From: Myxococcota bacterium
GTDB taxonomy: Bacteria > Myxococcota_A > Polyangia > Polyangiales > Houyiibacteriaceae
Assembly: GCA_039030515.1 (NCBI GenBank)
Contig: JBCCEA010000033.1
Span: forward strand, 1-42,056
DNA length: 42,056 nucleotides
Direction: 5' to 3'
Below are positions 1 through 12,292 of this stretch, piece by piece. The notes under the pieces were generated by a model, which did not search any database, was not told the DNA's origin, and saw nothing but the letters and a program-made list of their open reading frames with translations. The first letter of the stretch is position 1; each line of letters begins with the position of its first letter. Made by a program: the position numbers and the translations under genes.

Positions 1-350
1 CGACCTGACCGGGTACGGCTCTGACCTGACCAGGTACGGCTGTTCCGACCTGACCGGGTACGGTTCTGATGCCGCCGTTTCGACCTGACCGGGTACGGCT
101 CTGACCTGACCAGGTACGGCTGTTCCGACCTGACCGGGTACGGTTCTGACCTGACCGGGTACGGCTCTGACCTGACTGGGTACGGTTCCGTTCCGACCTG
201 ACTGGGTACGGTTCCGATACCGCCACCCGTCCGAGACCTGATCAAGTTTCGACCTGACCGGGTACGGCTCTGACCTGACCAGGTACGGCTGTTCCGACCT
301 GACCGGGTACGGTTCTGATGCCTCTTCAAAACCTGACCAGGTACGGTTCT
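1..350 (+). repeat. Cluster of about 13 copies of a CCTGAC(C/T)(G/A)GGTACGG(C/T)T repeat with short, recurring spacers
   Basis: Core read directly many times; an ~80 bp higher-order unit recurs at 1, 81 and 250. Runs off the window start. Confidence 0.95.
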
Positions 351-399
351 GCTACCCGACGGGAACCGGAAGCGGGTGTGGAACGCTTACGCTCGCTCT

Positions 400-1437
400 T
401 TAGTTAGGCTGAACTTTTCTCGCAACGACCACTTTGGCCACGTAGTGCGGCTCTGATGAAACCAATTCAAATCCGCACTCCTCGACCAGTTCGTCCAGGT
501 TGTCGCGTACATAGTCTTGGTAGAAGGGTTCGTGGAAATCTCGGCTGAACCCTTCAAACGCGTGGACCAGCTCCGCACTCTCCGCGAGTTGCGCAGAATC
601 CTCGACGACAAGAGTCCCTCCCGGACGCAAAATCCGTAAAATCTCACCCAAGACCTTCCGCCGGGCGTTGCGAGGCAGCTCGTGGAAGAGGTAGACGCAA
701 CTGACGGCGTCGAAATAGTCGTCGCGATAGGGCATTTCCTCGGCATTTCCAGCGGTGAGGGAGATACTCGCATCAAGTTTGCTCCTGGACTCATCCAGGT
801 AGTAGGGGCTGAGGTCGATGCCGTAGAGCCGGGTCTCGGGCAGCGCCAATCGAATCTGAGACAGGGTGCGCCCCGTACCGCAGGCCACATCGAGCAGACG
901 ACGAGGACGGTCGGATGATGCTTGAGAGGACCGCAACGCTTCATGCAGCGGCGGGATGATCTGCCTGCGCATGACGTCGGCCAGCCCAGCGAACAGAAAT
1001 TCTACGCTGAGGTCGTATATGCGAGCTGAGTGGCGACTTAGGTACCCACCAGTTTGCCAGTGAAATGTACGCCGATAGTAGGGCGGATAGCCTTCGAGCG
1101 GGACTTGTTCAGGGAGATCTTTATAGTCGTTTGACTGCATTCTCCGGATCACACGAGGCAAGTCCAAAATCATCTCAGGAGCGCGAGAGAGGTATTCTAA
1201 AACAGGCATTTGAGTCAACAGTGATTCCGGGTAGTAACCCGCCTCGACATTAGAGAGGTCGCGTTGGAGCAATGCCTGAATCCTTCGCTCGACTTCATCG
1301 ATGGTAGACTGAGGCGGTATCTCGTTAATACCGATAAGACTCCGTAAAACGCGTTGGGCCAGGTTCGACTGAGAAATCATAGTGCGGTGGCCGAGTTCGT
1401 AGATCGTCTTGCGAGCCCTTGAGATAGAAATCGTCAT
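400..1437 (-). CDS. Class I SAM-dependent methyltransferase (Methyltransf_11/25-like)
   Basis: Motif I LLDVACGTG, motif II GIDLSP, GNAEEMPYRDDYFDAV, YLFHEL, LRPGG; N-terminal YPPYYRRTFHWQTGGYLS block. Confidence 0.92.
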   Translation of the reverse strand: MTISISRARKTIYELGHRTMISQSNLAQRVLRSLIGINEIPPQSTIDEVERRIQALLQRDLSNVEAGYYPESLLTQMPVLEYLSRAPEMILDLPRVIRRMQSNDYKDLPEQVPLEGYPPYYRRTFHWQTGGYLSRHSARIYDLSVEFLFAGLADVMRRQIIPPLHEALRSSQASSDRPRRLLDVACGTGRTLSQIRLALPETRLYGIDLSPYYLDESRSKLDASISLTAGNAEEMPYRDDYFDAVSCVYLFHELPRNARRKVLGEILRILRPGGTLVVEDSAQLAESAELVHAFEGFSRDFHEPFYQDYVRDNLDELVEECGFELVSSEPHYVAKVVVARKVQPN

Positions 1438-1664
1438 AAGTTTCCTCGAGAAATGAAGTCGTTAAGTCAGGGTTTCTCTGAGATCGAGTTCACCGGTTTT
1501 GACCTGTCGTGATCGGTGGTCATTCGAAATGCGCTGCCGAATTGAGATCGTACCCTTGGACTAAAGGGTCATCGGGTGTGGCTGAACAGTCAGCAAGGTG
1601 GAGAGATCTGCTTGGCGGACGGTTCACTTCCGGATCGGGATGATTTCAGACGCGTGCGGTTTAA

Positions 1665-3890
<2,226 letters not shown>

Positions 3891-3990
3891 AAATACGTCT
3901 GAGACCACACTGCATACTTGGATTGGGAGCCATAATAGAGCTCTACAGTAACGAATACCAGCTGAGATCAGCGAGAGAACCAAGGCAGTC

Positions 3991-4693
3991 TCATAGGTAG
4001 AAATGGCGTTCTTGTATTTTCGGTAGGTAAACTTGGCAGAGACGGATAGCTGAACGCTTGTTGATACATTTGAGGAAATTCCTCTTGGTAAAGCCGACAA
4101 ACTTCACGAACAAAGGCTTCTTTCTGGCCAGGTTCGCCATGTGCGGGAACGCTTGCTGAAATACTCGGGCAAGCTTTATGAATATGCGGAGAGTCGCTTC
4201 TCGGGGGTGTCTTCGAACAGCAACGGTAAATACGTGCCTTGATCTGGTAGTGCGTTCTTTCTGCGGCTGGGATCTCCAGACGAAAAAAAGAAATCCCGCA
4301 GAGCTTTTTTTACAGCAGAGCGAAATGCCGTGCGATGCGGGGACATGGTTTGTAGTTGACACAGGGCTGCTGTGACAAGCTGATCGGTCGTTGTAAAACT
4401 CTACCGATACGCAAATCGCCTTTTACCGAGCCGACCTGCAGACACATCGCAATGCCATCGCGAAAAACAAACTGCCTAAACCGATCATCAGAGAATACAA
4501 TATGGAAGTATCTTCGTATCTCTTCACAAGAATTAGGCGGGATACTCCGCAAGACACTGAATCTTTCACGCACGTATAGATCATAGACAAAATTGCATTC
4601 AGTAGTGCCACACGTATACTTATCGCGATGGCTCCAAACGAGGTCGATGAACTCGTCTAGCCAATGGGGTATTCGGGGGATTACATGGGGCAC
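3991..4693 (-). pseudogene. Split or shortened member of the orphan paralogue family (ORFs 4310-4693 and 3991-4362 in different frames)
   Basis: N part IPHWLDEFIDLVWSHRDKY / FVYDLYVRE / LQVGSVKG matches PSWLGNFAALVWQNKDKY / YVRDLHLRD / LHIGITQG of 4800-6080. C part FQQAFPHMANL matches FNQSFPQMLAL. Confidence 0.55.
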
Positions 4694-4799
4694 AACTGCT
4701 CAACTTCTGCTTAGCACCCGCCGATAGCGGGCCCTATTTCCTCCTATTTCAACTCATACGCGGGCATCAAACTATACGCGGGAGTTGCCTTTGAGATGC

Positions 4800-6080
4800 C
4801 TAGGAAACCTCGAATTGACGCGAAAGAGCCAGCATTTGTGGAAATGATTGATTAAAATGATGCCATATTGCACCGAAGAACATGACGTGACTGGTTCTAT
4901 TTGAGTCGAGTACCTGGCCAAAGAGAGCTTGCAGACGGCTACCGTAACTCTCTCCGTGTGTCCAGTTTGCGGCGGCAAAGGTCAATTTCTGGCTGATGCA
5001 CTGCCTTGAAGCGTCAAGGGGTGAGCGGAAGCACGGAGCGTCCAAGGTCACGCAGAAGCGAGGGGCACCGCGAATGGGCTCGAACGAGTCTCGCATAAAT
5101 GCGTGTCTGTCACCAAGAGCTGTCGACGAGTGCGCATAGTGAGACGTCTCCATTTGAGAGAGATCTGGTGAAGATTGGCATGCCCGCTCTATACGTGCGA
5201 TTGTGTTTGCAGCAAACCTTATTGTTTCTTCTTTTGCGTCTTTAAGACAAATAACGATAGCGTCTGGACGCCAGTGCATCGGCCACGGCGATGCTATCAG
5301 GATTGCGTTGGCAACTGCATCGGAGTCCAGCATCAGCGTAGCGCCAAGTTCCGCAGCAATTTGATAGCTTTTGGCAGGTCGAGGGTGTCGCGTGAGATAA
5401 ACTCGCGCGCGGACGTGCTCGGTTGTGTGCAACAGCTGACTACGGGTTAGCTTAATGTAGCTGTCTTGCCTCGATTTAACGGATTGCTCGTTCAGGGTGG
5501 CTATCAACGCTTCTTTTGATACGTAGCTCTTTGGCGATCTCACAGGATTCCGCATGGATCCCGATGGAAGCTTGGGAGAAGTCCCGAGGGGTCTTTTCAC
5601 TAACGGAGATGTTGGAGAATCTTGAAAACGCGTAAGACGATTGGCTCGTTGTCGGTTGGCCGGGGATAAAGAGCCGGAACCAAGTCGTGGGCTTCCACCC
5701 TCGCCATATTCGTAGGGTTCAGAAAAAGGACGTATTCCTTGAGTGATTCCGATATGCAATTCGCCATTTGTGATCGCTTCGCCAAAACGTGGTTGTTCGT
5801 ATAGCTTCGAAATAAAGCGTGAAGAGGACTCTCCGTTCATCCCTTCAGGTACCCGTGTAAGTCTCCATTCATTGTCGCGAAGATGAAGATCTCTGACATA
5901 CCTGCTGTGCGGAAAAGGCCCAAAATCAGACTCGGTATCTGAATCAGTTGCGGAGTCTAAGGGTTCACCGTACTTGTCTTTATTTTGCCAGACCAACGCC
6001 GCAAAGTTGCCCAGCCAAGAAGGCATGGAGCTAGGAGGCTTGACTTGAACACCCGTCGAAAATGGCGGTCTACTGTGCAT
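4800..6080 (-). CDS. Orphan protein, paralogue of 6530-7747; C-terminal domain possibly HopA1-like
   Basis: 426 aa ORF sharing collinear blocks with 6530-7747: RDLHLR, IGITxG, RVYLT, ANAxxxASP, WRPDAIVxCLKDA, FAAANWxxGESY, LQALF, FPxMLxL. Confidence 0.75.
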   Translation of the reverse strand: MHSRPPFSTGVQVKPPSSMPSWLGNFAALVWQNKDKYGEPLDSATDSDTESDFGPFPHSRYVRDLHLRDNEWRLTRVPEGMNGESSSRFISKLYEQPRFGEAITNGELHIGITQGIRPFSEPYEYGEGGSPRLGSGSLSPANRQRANRLTRFQDSPTSPLVKRPLGTSPKLPSGSMRNPVRSPKSYVSKEALIATLNEQSVKSRQDSYIKLTRSQLLHTTEHVRARVYLTRHPRPAKSYQIAAELGATLMLDSDAVANAILIASPWPMHWRPDAIVICLKDAKEETIRFAANTIARIERACQSSPDLSQMETSHYAHSSTALGDRHAFMRDSFEPIRGAPRFCVTLDAPCFRSPLDASRQCISQKLTFAAANWTHGESYGSRLQALFGQVLDSNRTSHVMFFGAIWHHFNQSFPQMLALSRQFEVS

Positions 6081-6316
6081 CTTCCTAAGCGGACCGTGAA
6101 AAGAGCTTCATTTCAAGTGAATGCTGCAGAGCCCACAGCGTTCTGGTTCGTCATCGGTGGTTTTTCAGGGCACTACGGATTAAGGGGTTTTGTAACTGGA
6201 GAGGCTTTGCGAAGTTAGGTTCGGACAGCGTCTGTTTCCGGAGGAGCAAGCGCGACTTCGATAACGGTCGCCATGGTCAGCCTGCTACGCAAGGAAATGA
6301 TGCGCCAAACGAAAGC

Positions 6317-6469
6317 TCAACCAATCGAGAGGCGGCGCTGGCTCTGGTGCACAGACGATCGATACGCGAAAGAACAGTCATGATCATGCACATACTTATC
6401 GCGCTGAGTTCGAACGAGGTCGATAAACTCGTCTAGCCAGTGGGGTATCCGCAGGATTGAATGGGGCAC
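6317..6469 (-). pseudogene. Truncated 50-codon duplicate of the 4310-4693 ORF start
   Basis: Hand translation VPHSILRIPHWLDEFIDLVRTQRDKY...; DNA 6392-6522 aligns without gaps to 4616-4746 at about 82% identity (hand count). Confidence 0.6.
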
Positions 6470-6529
6470 AACTGCTCGTGTTCTGCATCGCATCCGTTGA
6501 TAGCGGGCTCAATTTCCGCCTACTCTAGC

Positions 6530-7747
6530 TTATGTACGGAGTCGTTTCCTCGACAGCTCGTTATCATTCTTACGGATAGAATCGTAAAGACTCAACATCT
6601 CCGGAAAATCTTCCTCGAACCGTTGCCAGACCGTGCGGTAGAACTGTATTTCATCGTATTTATTTTTAGCGAGTGCATCATCAAATAGTGCTTGCAGCAA
6701 ACCACAGTAGCTTTCTCCCGGCTGCCAATTCGCGGCGGCAAAAACTATTTCATTGCCGGTGGTAGTACGCAAACCAGAATTGGGTAGGGGTAAAGGTACA
6801 TAAGGGGCACAACGTACAGGCTCAATCGGTGGTAATGAAGTGCTGCTGTCTGGATTCGGAAAAAACGCATACGCTTGTTTTACATACGCAATCGACTTTG
6901 CAGCAGATTTTAATGTTTGCAATTCTGCGTCTTTGAGGCAAAAAACAATGGCATCAGGACGCCATTGTAGAAGCGGCGGTGACGCAAGAATGAGTGCGTT
7001 GGCTATGGGGTCGGGTCCCACCATCAGCGAAGCGCAAAGTTCGACTGCAAATCGGTAGTGTTCGCAGAGTGGAGAATATGGCGTCAGGTAGACTCTCGAT
7101 CGAGCTTGTTTACTCGTTCCGGGGAGCAGATCACTCCGGACGACTTGGATGAACGTGTCTTGCTGTTCCTCAAGCAGTGGGTTACTCGGGAGGCCTCCTA
7201 CTGTTTTGATGACTGCTGTGCTTGCGCCAGGGAACTGGATGCGACTCGTTGGATACTCAAGAGACTTCGGTCGGCGTCTAGACTTTTTAGGGACCGAGTG
7301 TCTTGGCGAAGCTTGAAATTCGCTATTTGAAAAGCTCGGCCCTCGGTTATAAGGAGATGAGTTATCAAGACCAGATAATGTGCCTCTAGTGCTGGGAGAC
7401 TTAAAAGGAGATGTTCCCTCTGTGATTCCAATACGTAGAATGTCGTCTTTGATGCAATCTTTAAGCGTTGGGTGTCTTTCTAAAATTGAACTGAAGCTTT
7501 GCTGCCGATGTGCTTCCATCACTTGAGGCGTGCGCTGCGATTGCCGCTCGTCCTGACGAAGATGGAGATCTCTGACGAACCGGCTCTTCGGGTGAAACTG
7601 ACAATCGACACGCTTATTGCAGTGTCGCCAAACCAGACCCGTGAATTCCCACAGCCAATCAGGCATCTGGTTGGATGATGCAGCGCTATAATTCCGCATA
7701 GGTAGAGGTTTCCCGATCATACCGAGACAAAAAAGGTCTTGACTCAA
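6530..7747 (-). CDS. Orphan protein, paralogue of 4800-6080; possibly HopA1-like C-terminal domain
   Basis: 405 aa ORF with the shared blocks listed above and a Ser/Pro/Arg-rich central linker. Start uncertain. Confidence 0.75.
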   Translation of the reverse strand: MSQDLFCLGMIGKPLPMRNYSAASSNQMPDWLWEFTGLVWRHCNKRVDCQFHPKSRFVRDLHLRQDERQSQRTPQVMEAHRQQSFSSILERHPTLKDCIKDDILRIGITEGTSPFKSPSTRGTLSGLDNSSPYNRGPSFSNSEFQASPRHSVPKKSRRRPKSLEYPTSRIQFPGASTAVIKTVGGLPSNPLLEEQQDTFIQVVRSDLLPGTSKQARSRVYLTPYSPLCEHYRFAVELCASLMVGPDPIANALILASPPLLQWRPDAIVFCLKDAELQTLKSAAKSIAYVKQAYAFFPNPDSSTSLPPIEPVRCAPYVPLPLPNSGLRTTTGNEIVFAAANWQPGESYCGLLQALFDDALAKNKYDEIQFYRTVWQRFEEDFPEMLSLYDSIRKNDNELSRKRLRT

Positions 7748-8002
7748 GTGAGTACGCGGGGACCGAAAGCGTGCCAGTTGTCATTAGTGACTCGATGGTG
7801 ATTCTTAGAGGCGCGACTAATCGACCATATGTTGAAAAGTTAGGTGCTGTTTAGACAATGCTTTTCACCGGCACTGCAGTGGCAATGCCGTGACGCAAAG
7901 CCTGTCACGCAAAGAAATGACGCGCCAAGCGAAGGCTCAGCTACGCCTTGTGATCCACGGGCAGCCTCCCTGAAACCCTCCTGCGCCGCCTGGGTCCGCT
8001 GG

Positions 8003-8845
8003 CTATGCGCCATCGGGATGCATCCGACGGGACCATTCGCTGTAGGAGCCGACGTAAAGTGCGGCGGTTGGGGATTCACTACCGAAGGCCTCGCAGAGCG
8101 CAAGGAGCGCGTAACATGCGGTGACGCCAGAGCCGCACGAAAAAACCGTGTTGTCCCCGGCGTGTGACCCGTTCAGTCCGCTCGGCAATGCTTCAAAAAT
8201 ACGCCGCAACTCGACTGCAGGAAGCATCCGGCCGGTATCGTCGATGAGGTTTTGGTAGGGCAGATTGACCGCAAACGGGATGTGTCCGCCGGGAGGGTCG
8301 AGGTGTTCCTGGGTTCCTTCGAACCGCTTGCGGCTCCGCACATCGAGCAGCGTATACCTCTCGCCATGCTCCGCGATCTCTTCAAAACTACGGGTCGGCA
8401 GAAGCCAGGTACGGGCCGGATAGGGCGGCTTAGGTGAATGTCGATTGCCGGCTGCATCACCCTCGCAAAGCGAAAAACCCGCGTGAACGGCCGCCTTGAG
8501 CCCACCGCTGAGAACACGCACGTCCGCATGGCCCAGGGCCTTGAGCATCCACCAGCAGCGAGCGGCCGCGAGGGCCCCCGTTTCTGCGTCGTACACCACG
8601 ACCGAAGCGCCCCGATCGATACCCCAGGAGCCGACGGTAGCCGCAAAGACCTCGATCGGCGGCAGCGGATGGCGTCCACCCAAGCGAACGTCGGCCTCCG
8701 GCTGAGAGAGATCGCGCTCCAAATCCGCAAACACTGCGGACTCCAGATGCCCCGCAAAGTAGGCCCCCAAGCCTTCCATCCGAGCGTCGATCAAAACGAC
8801 ATCCGACTCACCACGTAACTCTTCCGGAGTGATCCATATGCTCAT
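8003..8845 (-). CDS. Tandem-domain rhodanese / 3-mercaptopyruvate sulfurtransferase (SseA family)
   Basis: GGRHPLP, AARCWW, LLDVRS, GHIP, active-site loop CGSGVTAC, LYVGSYSEW. Confidence 0.93.
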   Translation of the reverse strand: MSIWITPEELRGESDVVLIDARMEGLGAYFAGHLESAVFADLERDLSQPEADVRLGGRHPLPPIEVFAATVGSWGIDRGASVVVYDAETGALAAARCWWMLKALGHADVRVLSGGLKAAVHAGFSLCEGDAAGNRHSPKPPYPARTWLLPTRSFEEIAEHGERYTLLDVRSRKRFEGTQEHLDPPGGHIPFAVNLPYQNLIDDTGRMLPAVELRRIFEALPSGLNGSHAGDNTVFSCGSGVTACYALLALCEAFGSESPTAALYVGSYSEWSRRMHPDGA

Positions 8846-8927
8846 CTGGTGAGCAAAGCCTCGCTCGCCGCCAAGGTCAACCAGAGGCTGGGGGGTCAGG
8901 TATGTACGAACAGGGAGCGAACCAAAA

Positions 8928-10079
8928 TCATTGCAGAGCGTAAGGCGCTATAACCCATGCATTTTTATGGATCGTTTCAGTGCCTTTCGCCCCGACGTGG
9001 ATCCCTCCGCACGCTGCGTAGACGTGACCCGTACCTGAGTCAAACGCTAAAGATTGTGCGCCTCCAAGAAATAGCCCCTTGGGTAGTGCGTCAGAGATAC
9101 TCAAAGCACGTGCCTGCGAAAGACCTTTTGAATGTTCGAGAACCCTTAGAGCGCCGTCATGGTATGCGATCACTAGTGACAGCTCGGACTGGAAAGCAAG
9201 CGATGTGACAGTGCTTTTTCTGAATAAAACGTTAGCATTGGCGGCGTCGCAGCAGCTCCTTAGATTCTTAATTCTCCTGAAGTCAGAGCTCGAGAAGGAT
9301 ACGGGGCGACAGAGAGAAGGCGGGCTAACGTGAACGTGGCCGTTTGCATCTCCAATCGCGAAGTGCCCATAAAAACGCTCAAAAGCCAAGGCACTGACTG
9401 TAAAATCGACGGGGACTTTTTTTTCTTTAGGTCTTCCCCAGGTGGAATCAAGACATACATTATTTAGGAGAATCTTACTCCTGTTGGGGTTAGCCAGGTT
9501 GGGAGAACTGATTGCCATTTGGAGATACCTTGTCTGAGTATGCTCATTTCGATAAATTAAGGTTGCAACGCAAGAAATTTCACCAGCTGCGCGTATTGCG
9601 AATGAACGTATATGTTCTAATGCCGGATCACGCGTAGCAGTAGCATAGTCGATCTTGTAGACACCTACTTCATATTCAATGTTCGAGTTCTGTTGTCTTC
9701 TTTGGAATTTTCTGAAAACAACAGATAGAGTTTCTCCCGATGGGTCAAAAACTGCGTGTACTATATGATTAATCCGACACGGACCCGGTGAAGGTTTTGC
9801 TAAAAAAGGAAATGACTCGGTTGAGCATGGCTGTTCAAACGGTGTGGTGGCAGACAGTACTCGACCTTGTCCTGCACTTCCAATGTCTCTTGGTCCCCAC
9901 CTTTTCAGCTCTATTACTCCATCGGTTCGCAAGACAACAAAGAAACGACCTTGGGGGTCGAGGGAAATGTATTTCACCCCCCTAGACTGATTGCCAGCCT
10001 CATCACCTAATAGTATTTTTGATTTCCGAGACGGTGTAGTGCCGGGGCGCCTGTCGTGTGGGATTCTGGGTGAGGGCAT
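8928..10079 (-). CDS. Orphan WD40/beta-propeller-like protein
   Basis: Repeated blade-like segments VKYISLDPQG, IVHAVFDPSG, VSALAFERF..FAIGDANGHVHV, VTSLAFQSE..AYHDGALRVL, AQSLAFDSG. AT-richer than flanks. Confidence 0.7.
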   Translation of the reverse strand: MPSPRIPHDRRPGTTPSRKSKILLGDEAGNQSRGVKYISLDPQGRFFVVLRTDGVIELKRWGPRDIGSAGQGRVLSATTPFEQPCSTESFPFLAKPSPGPCRINHIVHAVFDPSGETLSVVFRKFQRRQQNSNIEYEVGVYKIDYATATRDPALEHIRSFAIRAAGEISCVATLIYRNEHTQTRYLQMAISSPNLANPNRSKILLNNVCLDSTWGRPKEKKVPVDFTVSALAFERFYGHFAIGDANGHVHVSPPSLCRPVSFSSSDFRRIKNLRSCCDAANANVLFRKSTVTSLAFQSELSLVIAYHDGALRVLEHSKGLSQARALSISDALPKGLFLGGAQSLAFDSGTGHVYAACGGIHVGAKGTETIHKNAWVIAPYALQ

Positions 10080-10104
10080 TTTGTATTCTTAGGTTTTTAT
10101 GCCA

Positions 10105-10159
10105 ATGCCCTACAGTCATTTGCTCACACTTGACACGCGAGCAAGCGACTGTAGGGCAT
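10105..10159 (-). promoter_or_regulatory. Long inverted repeat / hairpin just upstream of the 10079 start codon
   Basis: ATGCCCTACAGTC (10105-10117) is the exact reverse complement of 10147-10159; an inner TTGCTC/GAGCAA pair extends the stem. Confidence 0.6.
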
Positions 10160-10561
10160 GCGTGAAAGAACGTTCCCTGGAGGACTTTTTTTGCTCGGTC
10201 GCCTCGCTGAGAGGCATGCCGTGAGCCAATCTACGAGGCTCGAAAAAGAGATGAAAAAGACAGCAAATTCTGATGCTGTTAATGCTCCGCCTCAATATGT
10301 ACGCTCTGCGAGCCTTTGAGCTGACCTTCGAAATCATATACGATTTCCCTTTGGGCTGCAAGGTGATTGCCGACGCGGTGGTGGTTTTTGAGGTAGACGC
10401 GGAGTGGATGTTAATCGGCTGTTTCAAATCCAAAGAGATGCGTATTTGCAGAGACTTACGAGACGTGTGGCGATGCTCTTTGAGGGCCATCAATGCATCG
10501 AGGACGAAAACGACATTCGGCTCGCCTGAGCCTTCGAACGATACATGTTTACTGCATTCAT

Positions 10562-11149
10562 TTAATCTCGAAACATTCGTCTCGGACCTCTACCGTATGG
10601 GGATCGATGGCCAAGCCTCTGAGGTCCCCGAAGCAAGCCCTTTTTTTTCGGCTTCATTGTTATCGTTTTGAAAACAGTCTTTGTATGCAGCCTTCCATCG
10701 CGTTCTTTTAGAATAGACCTTATCTCAATCGTTAAGTGGCAGCGATTTAAGTCCACATAAACGATCGTAAGTGTACTGCAGTCTGGATCGAATGCTGCGC
10801 AAACTGGCAGGCCACAGAAAAGTGAAGGGCTTGACGTTGCCCCAGCGAGCTCTTGGTGAGGAATGGGTGCTTGCGCTCCTAGACTGATCCAGCGGGTCGC
10901 TACAGAGGGGGCAGTACGGGCTGGGTTGTTGTGCTGTTCTGGGCCAGGCGGCGTTAGTGCGTACGTGTCCACGCGTGCTGTGCCTGTGTCGTGGTCCAAT
11001 CGACTCACAGCAAACATGCGAAGGTCTGGGCTGATGCAGAAGACGTGACCGAGGGGCTTCGCGCCTTGGAGACGGGGACTCGAGGGCGGTGCTCCAGTTG
11101 GACTCGGGTCGATGATCGTTATGGTTGGCGTTGGAGTGCGGGGCGGCAA
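10562..11149 (-). CDS. Truncated or frameshifted paralogue of the beta-propeller-like protein, possibly continuing into 10116-10493
   Basis: Pro-rich N-terminus, FCISPDLRMFAVSR and CAAFDPDCSTLTIVY parallel YISLDPQGRFFVVLR and HAVFDPSGETLSVVF. A T8 run lies at 10641-10648 near the point where similarity fades. Confidence 0.5.
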   Translation of the reverse strand: MPPRTPTPTITIIDPSPTGAPPSSPRLQGAKPLGHVFCISPDLRMFAVSRLDHDTGTARVDTYALTPPGPEQHNNPARTAPSVATRWISLGAQAPIPHQELAGATSSPSLFCGLPVCAAFDPDCSTLTIVYVDLNRCHLTIEIRSILKERDGRLHTKTVFKTITMKPKKKGLLRGPQRLGHRSPYGRGPRRMFRD

Positions 11150-11356
11150 TGTCGCTTAATTCTTTGGGGAAGCGTCATCTAGACAGCAAGAAATACACTT
11201 TTATTCGACATCAGCTATTTATGGACTGACCATTGACGGATTACGCAAGACTGGACTGGGATCACGATGTTTGTTGAGTCTGTCAGTATATGATCGTTTA
11301 ACTGCAACATGGCATGTCGTTAAATAACTGCGATGTGGCAATTATAGCTGTCGAGT

Positions 11357-12232
11357 TCACCCTGCGCAATCTGCGAGGGTATCTGCCAGATCGCCTTGCT
11401 TGAGGGTGCGTATGGTGGTGCCATGGGCGGCGAGGTCGTCGCCGACGTAGATGTGGTGTTCGAGATGGACGCAGTGTGGATCTTCTTCAGCGATCCCAAC
11501 CCCAAACAGGCGAGTCTTTACGGTAACTTGTTGACGCGCAGTGATGCCGCGCTTGTAGGTCATCGATTCGCCAAGAGGGACGACAAGGCAGGGGTCGACC
11601 TTGAGTATGGCGAGACGACGACTCAGGGCTTCATCGCACCAGTCGACGTATACCGGATGATTGACGTGGGCCAGAGGATCCATCCAGGCATGCCAGGTAT
11701 CGAAGGTGAAGCTCCAGCGAGTTCGACCCTGGTCGGTAGATCCCAGTCGCTCTAACGGTGACGGCAGTTCGGTGGCAGCTGGAAGTTCGGCAGCAACGGG
11801 AAAAGCGTCTCGCAAGGCGACTGGCGCTCGGGCAGGCCGCATCGAGGGACTCACATGAACCCAATGCTGCGTGCAGCGAATGTCTGCCGATGCGGCAGAC
11901 TCAAGCGATATCGAGGGTTCGGCTGAAGATCGATCGGTGTGCAGCTGTATCTCGCGGGTACAAAGCGTTTCCCGCCGAAAACGGGATAGCCCCGTGCACG
12001 CGCGAATCGGATCGCCGTAGCCGATTTCTCGACGATGGAGCACCACCATGCGTCGCACCACGAAAGCGCTTTGCTCAGCTCGGTAGCGCATAGGGGTCCA
12101 GCCGACTTCGGAGGAAGCGTCGACCGCGACTTCCTGCAGCGCACGCCAGATATCCCCCGCCCGAGCCACATCTCTGGGGCTGAACGCATAGCGAGGCAAA
12201 TAAACGGGGAACTCCCAAACGCCAGCAGGCAT
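11357..12232 (-). CDS. Acyl-ACP/acyl-CoA thioesterase (double hotdog fold)
   Basis: LQEVAVDAS in the first domain; catalytic-type MDPLAHVNHPVYVDWCDEA motif in the second. Confidence 0.85.
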   Translation of the reverse strand: MPAGVWEFPVYLPRYAFSPRDVARAGDIWRALQEVAVDASSEVGWTPMRYRAEQSAFVVRRMVVLHRREIGYGDPIRACTGLSRFRRETLCTREIQLHTDRSSAEPSISLESAASADIRCTQHWVHVSPSMRPARAPVALRDAFPVAAELPAATELPSPLERLGSTDQGRTRWSFTFDTWHAWMDPLAHVNHPVYVDWCDEALSRRLAILKVDPCLVVPLGESMTYKRGITARQQVTVKTRLFGVGIAEEDPHCVHLEHHIYVGDDLAAHGTTIRTLKQGDLADTLADCAG

Positions 12233-12292
12233 CGCGGGGGCATGCTTAGCAGAATCGAATCGCTCTTCTACAGCGCATCACCAGAGGCATCC

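Noticed and set aside
7762..7777. Possible sigma-54 promoter CTGGCACGCTTTCGGT upstream of 6530-7747
   Set aside because: The -24 element is good but the -12 reads GT instead of GC; too weak to call.
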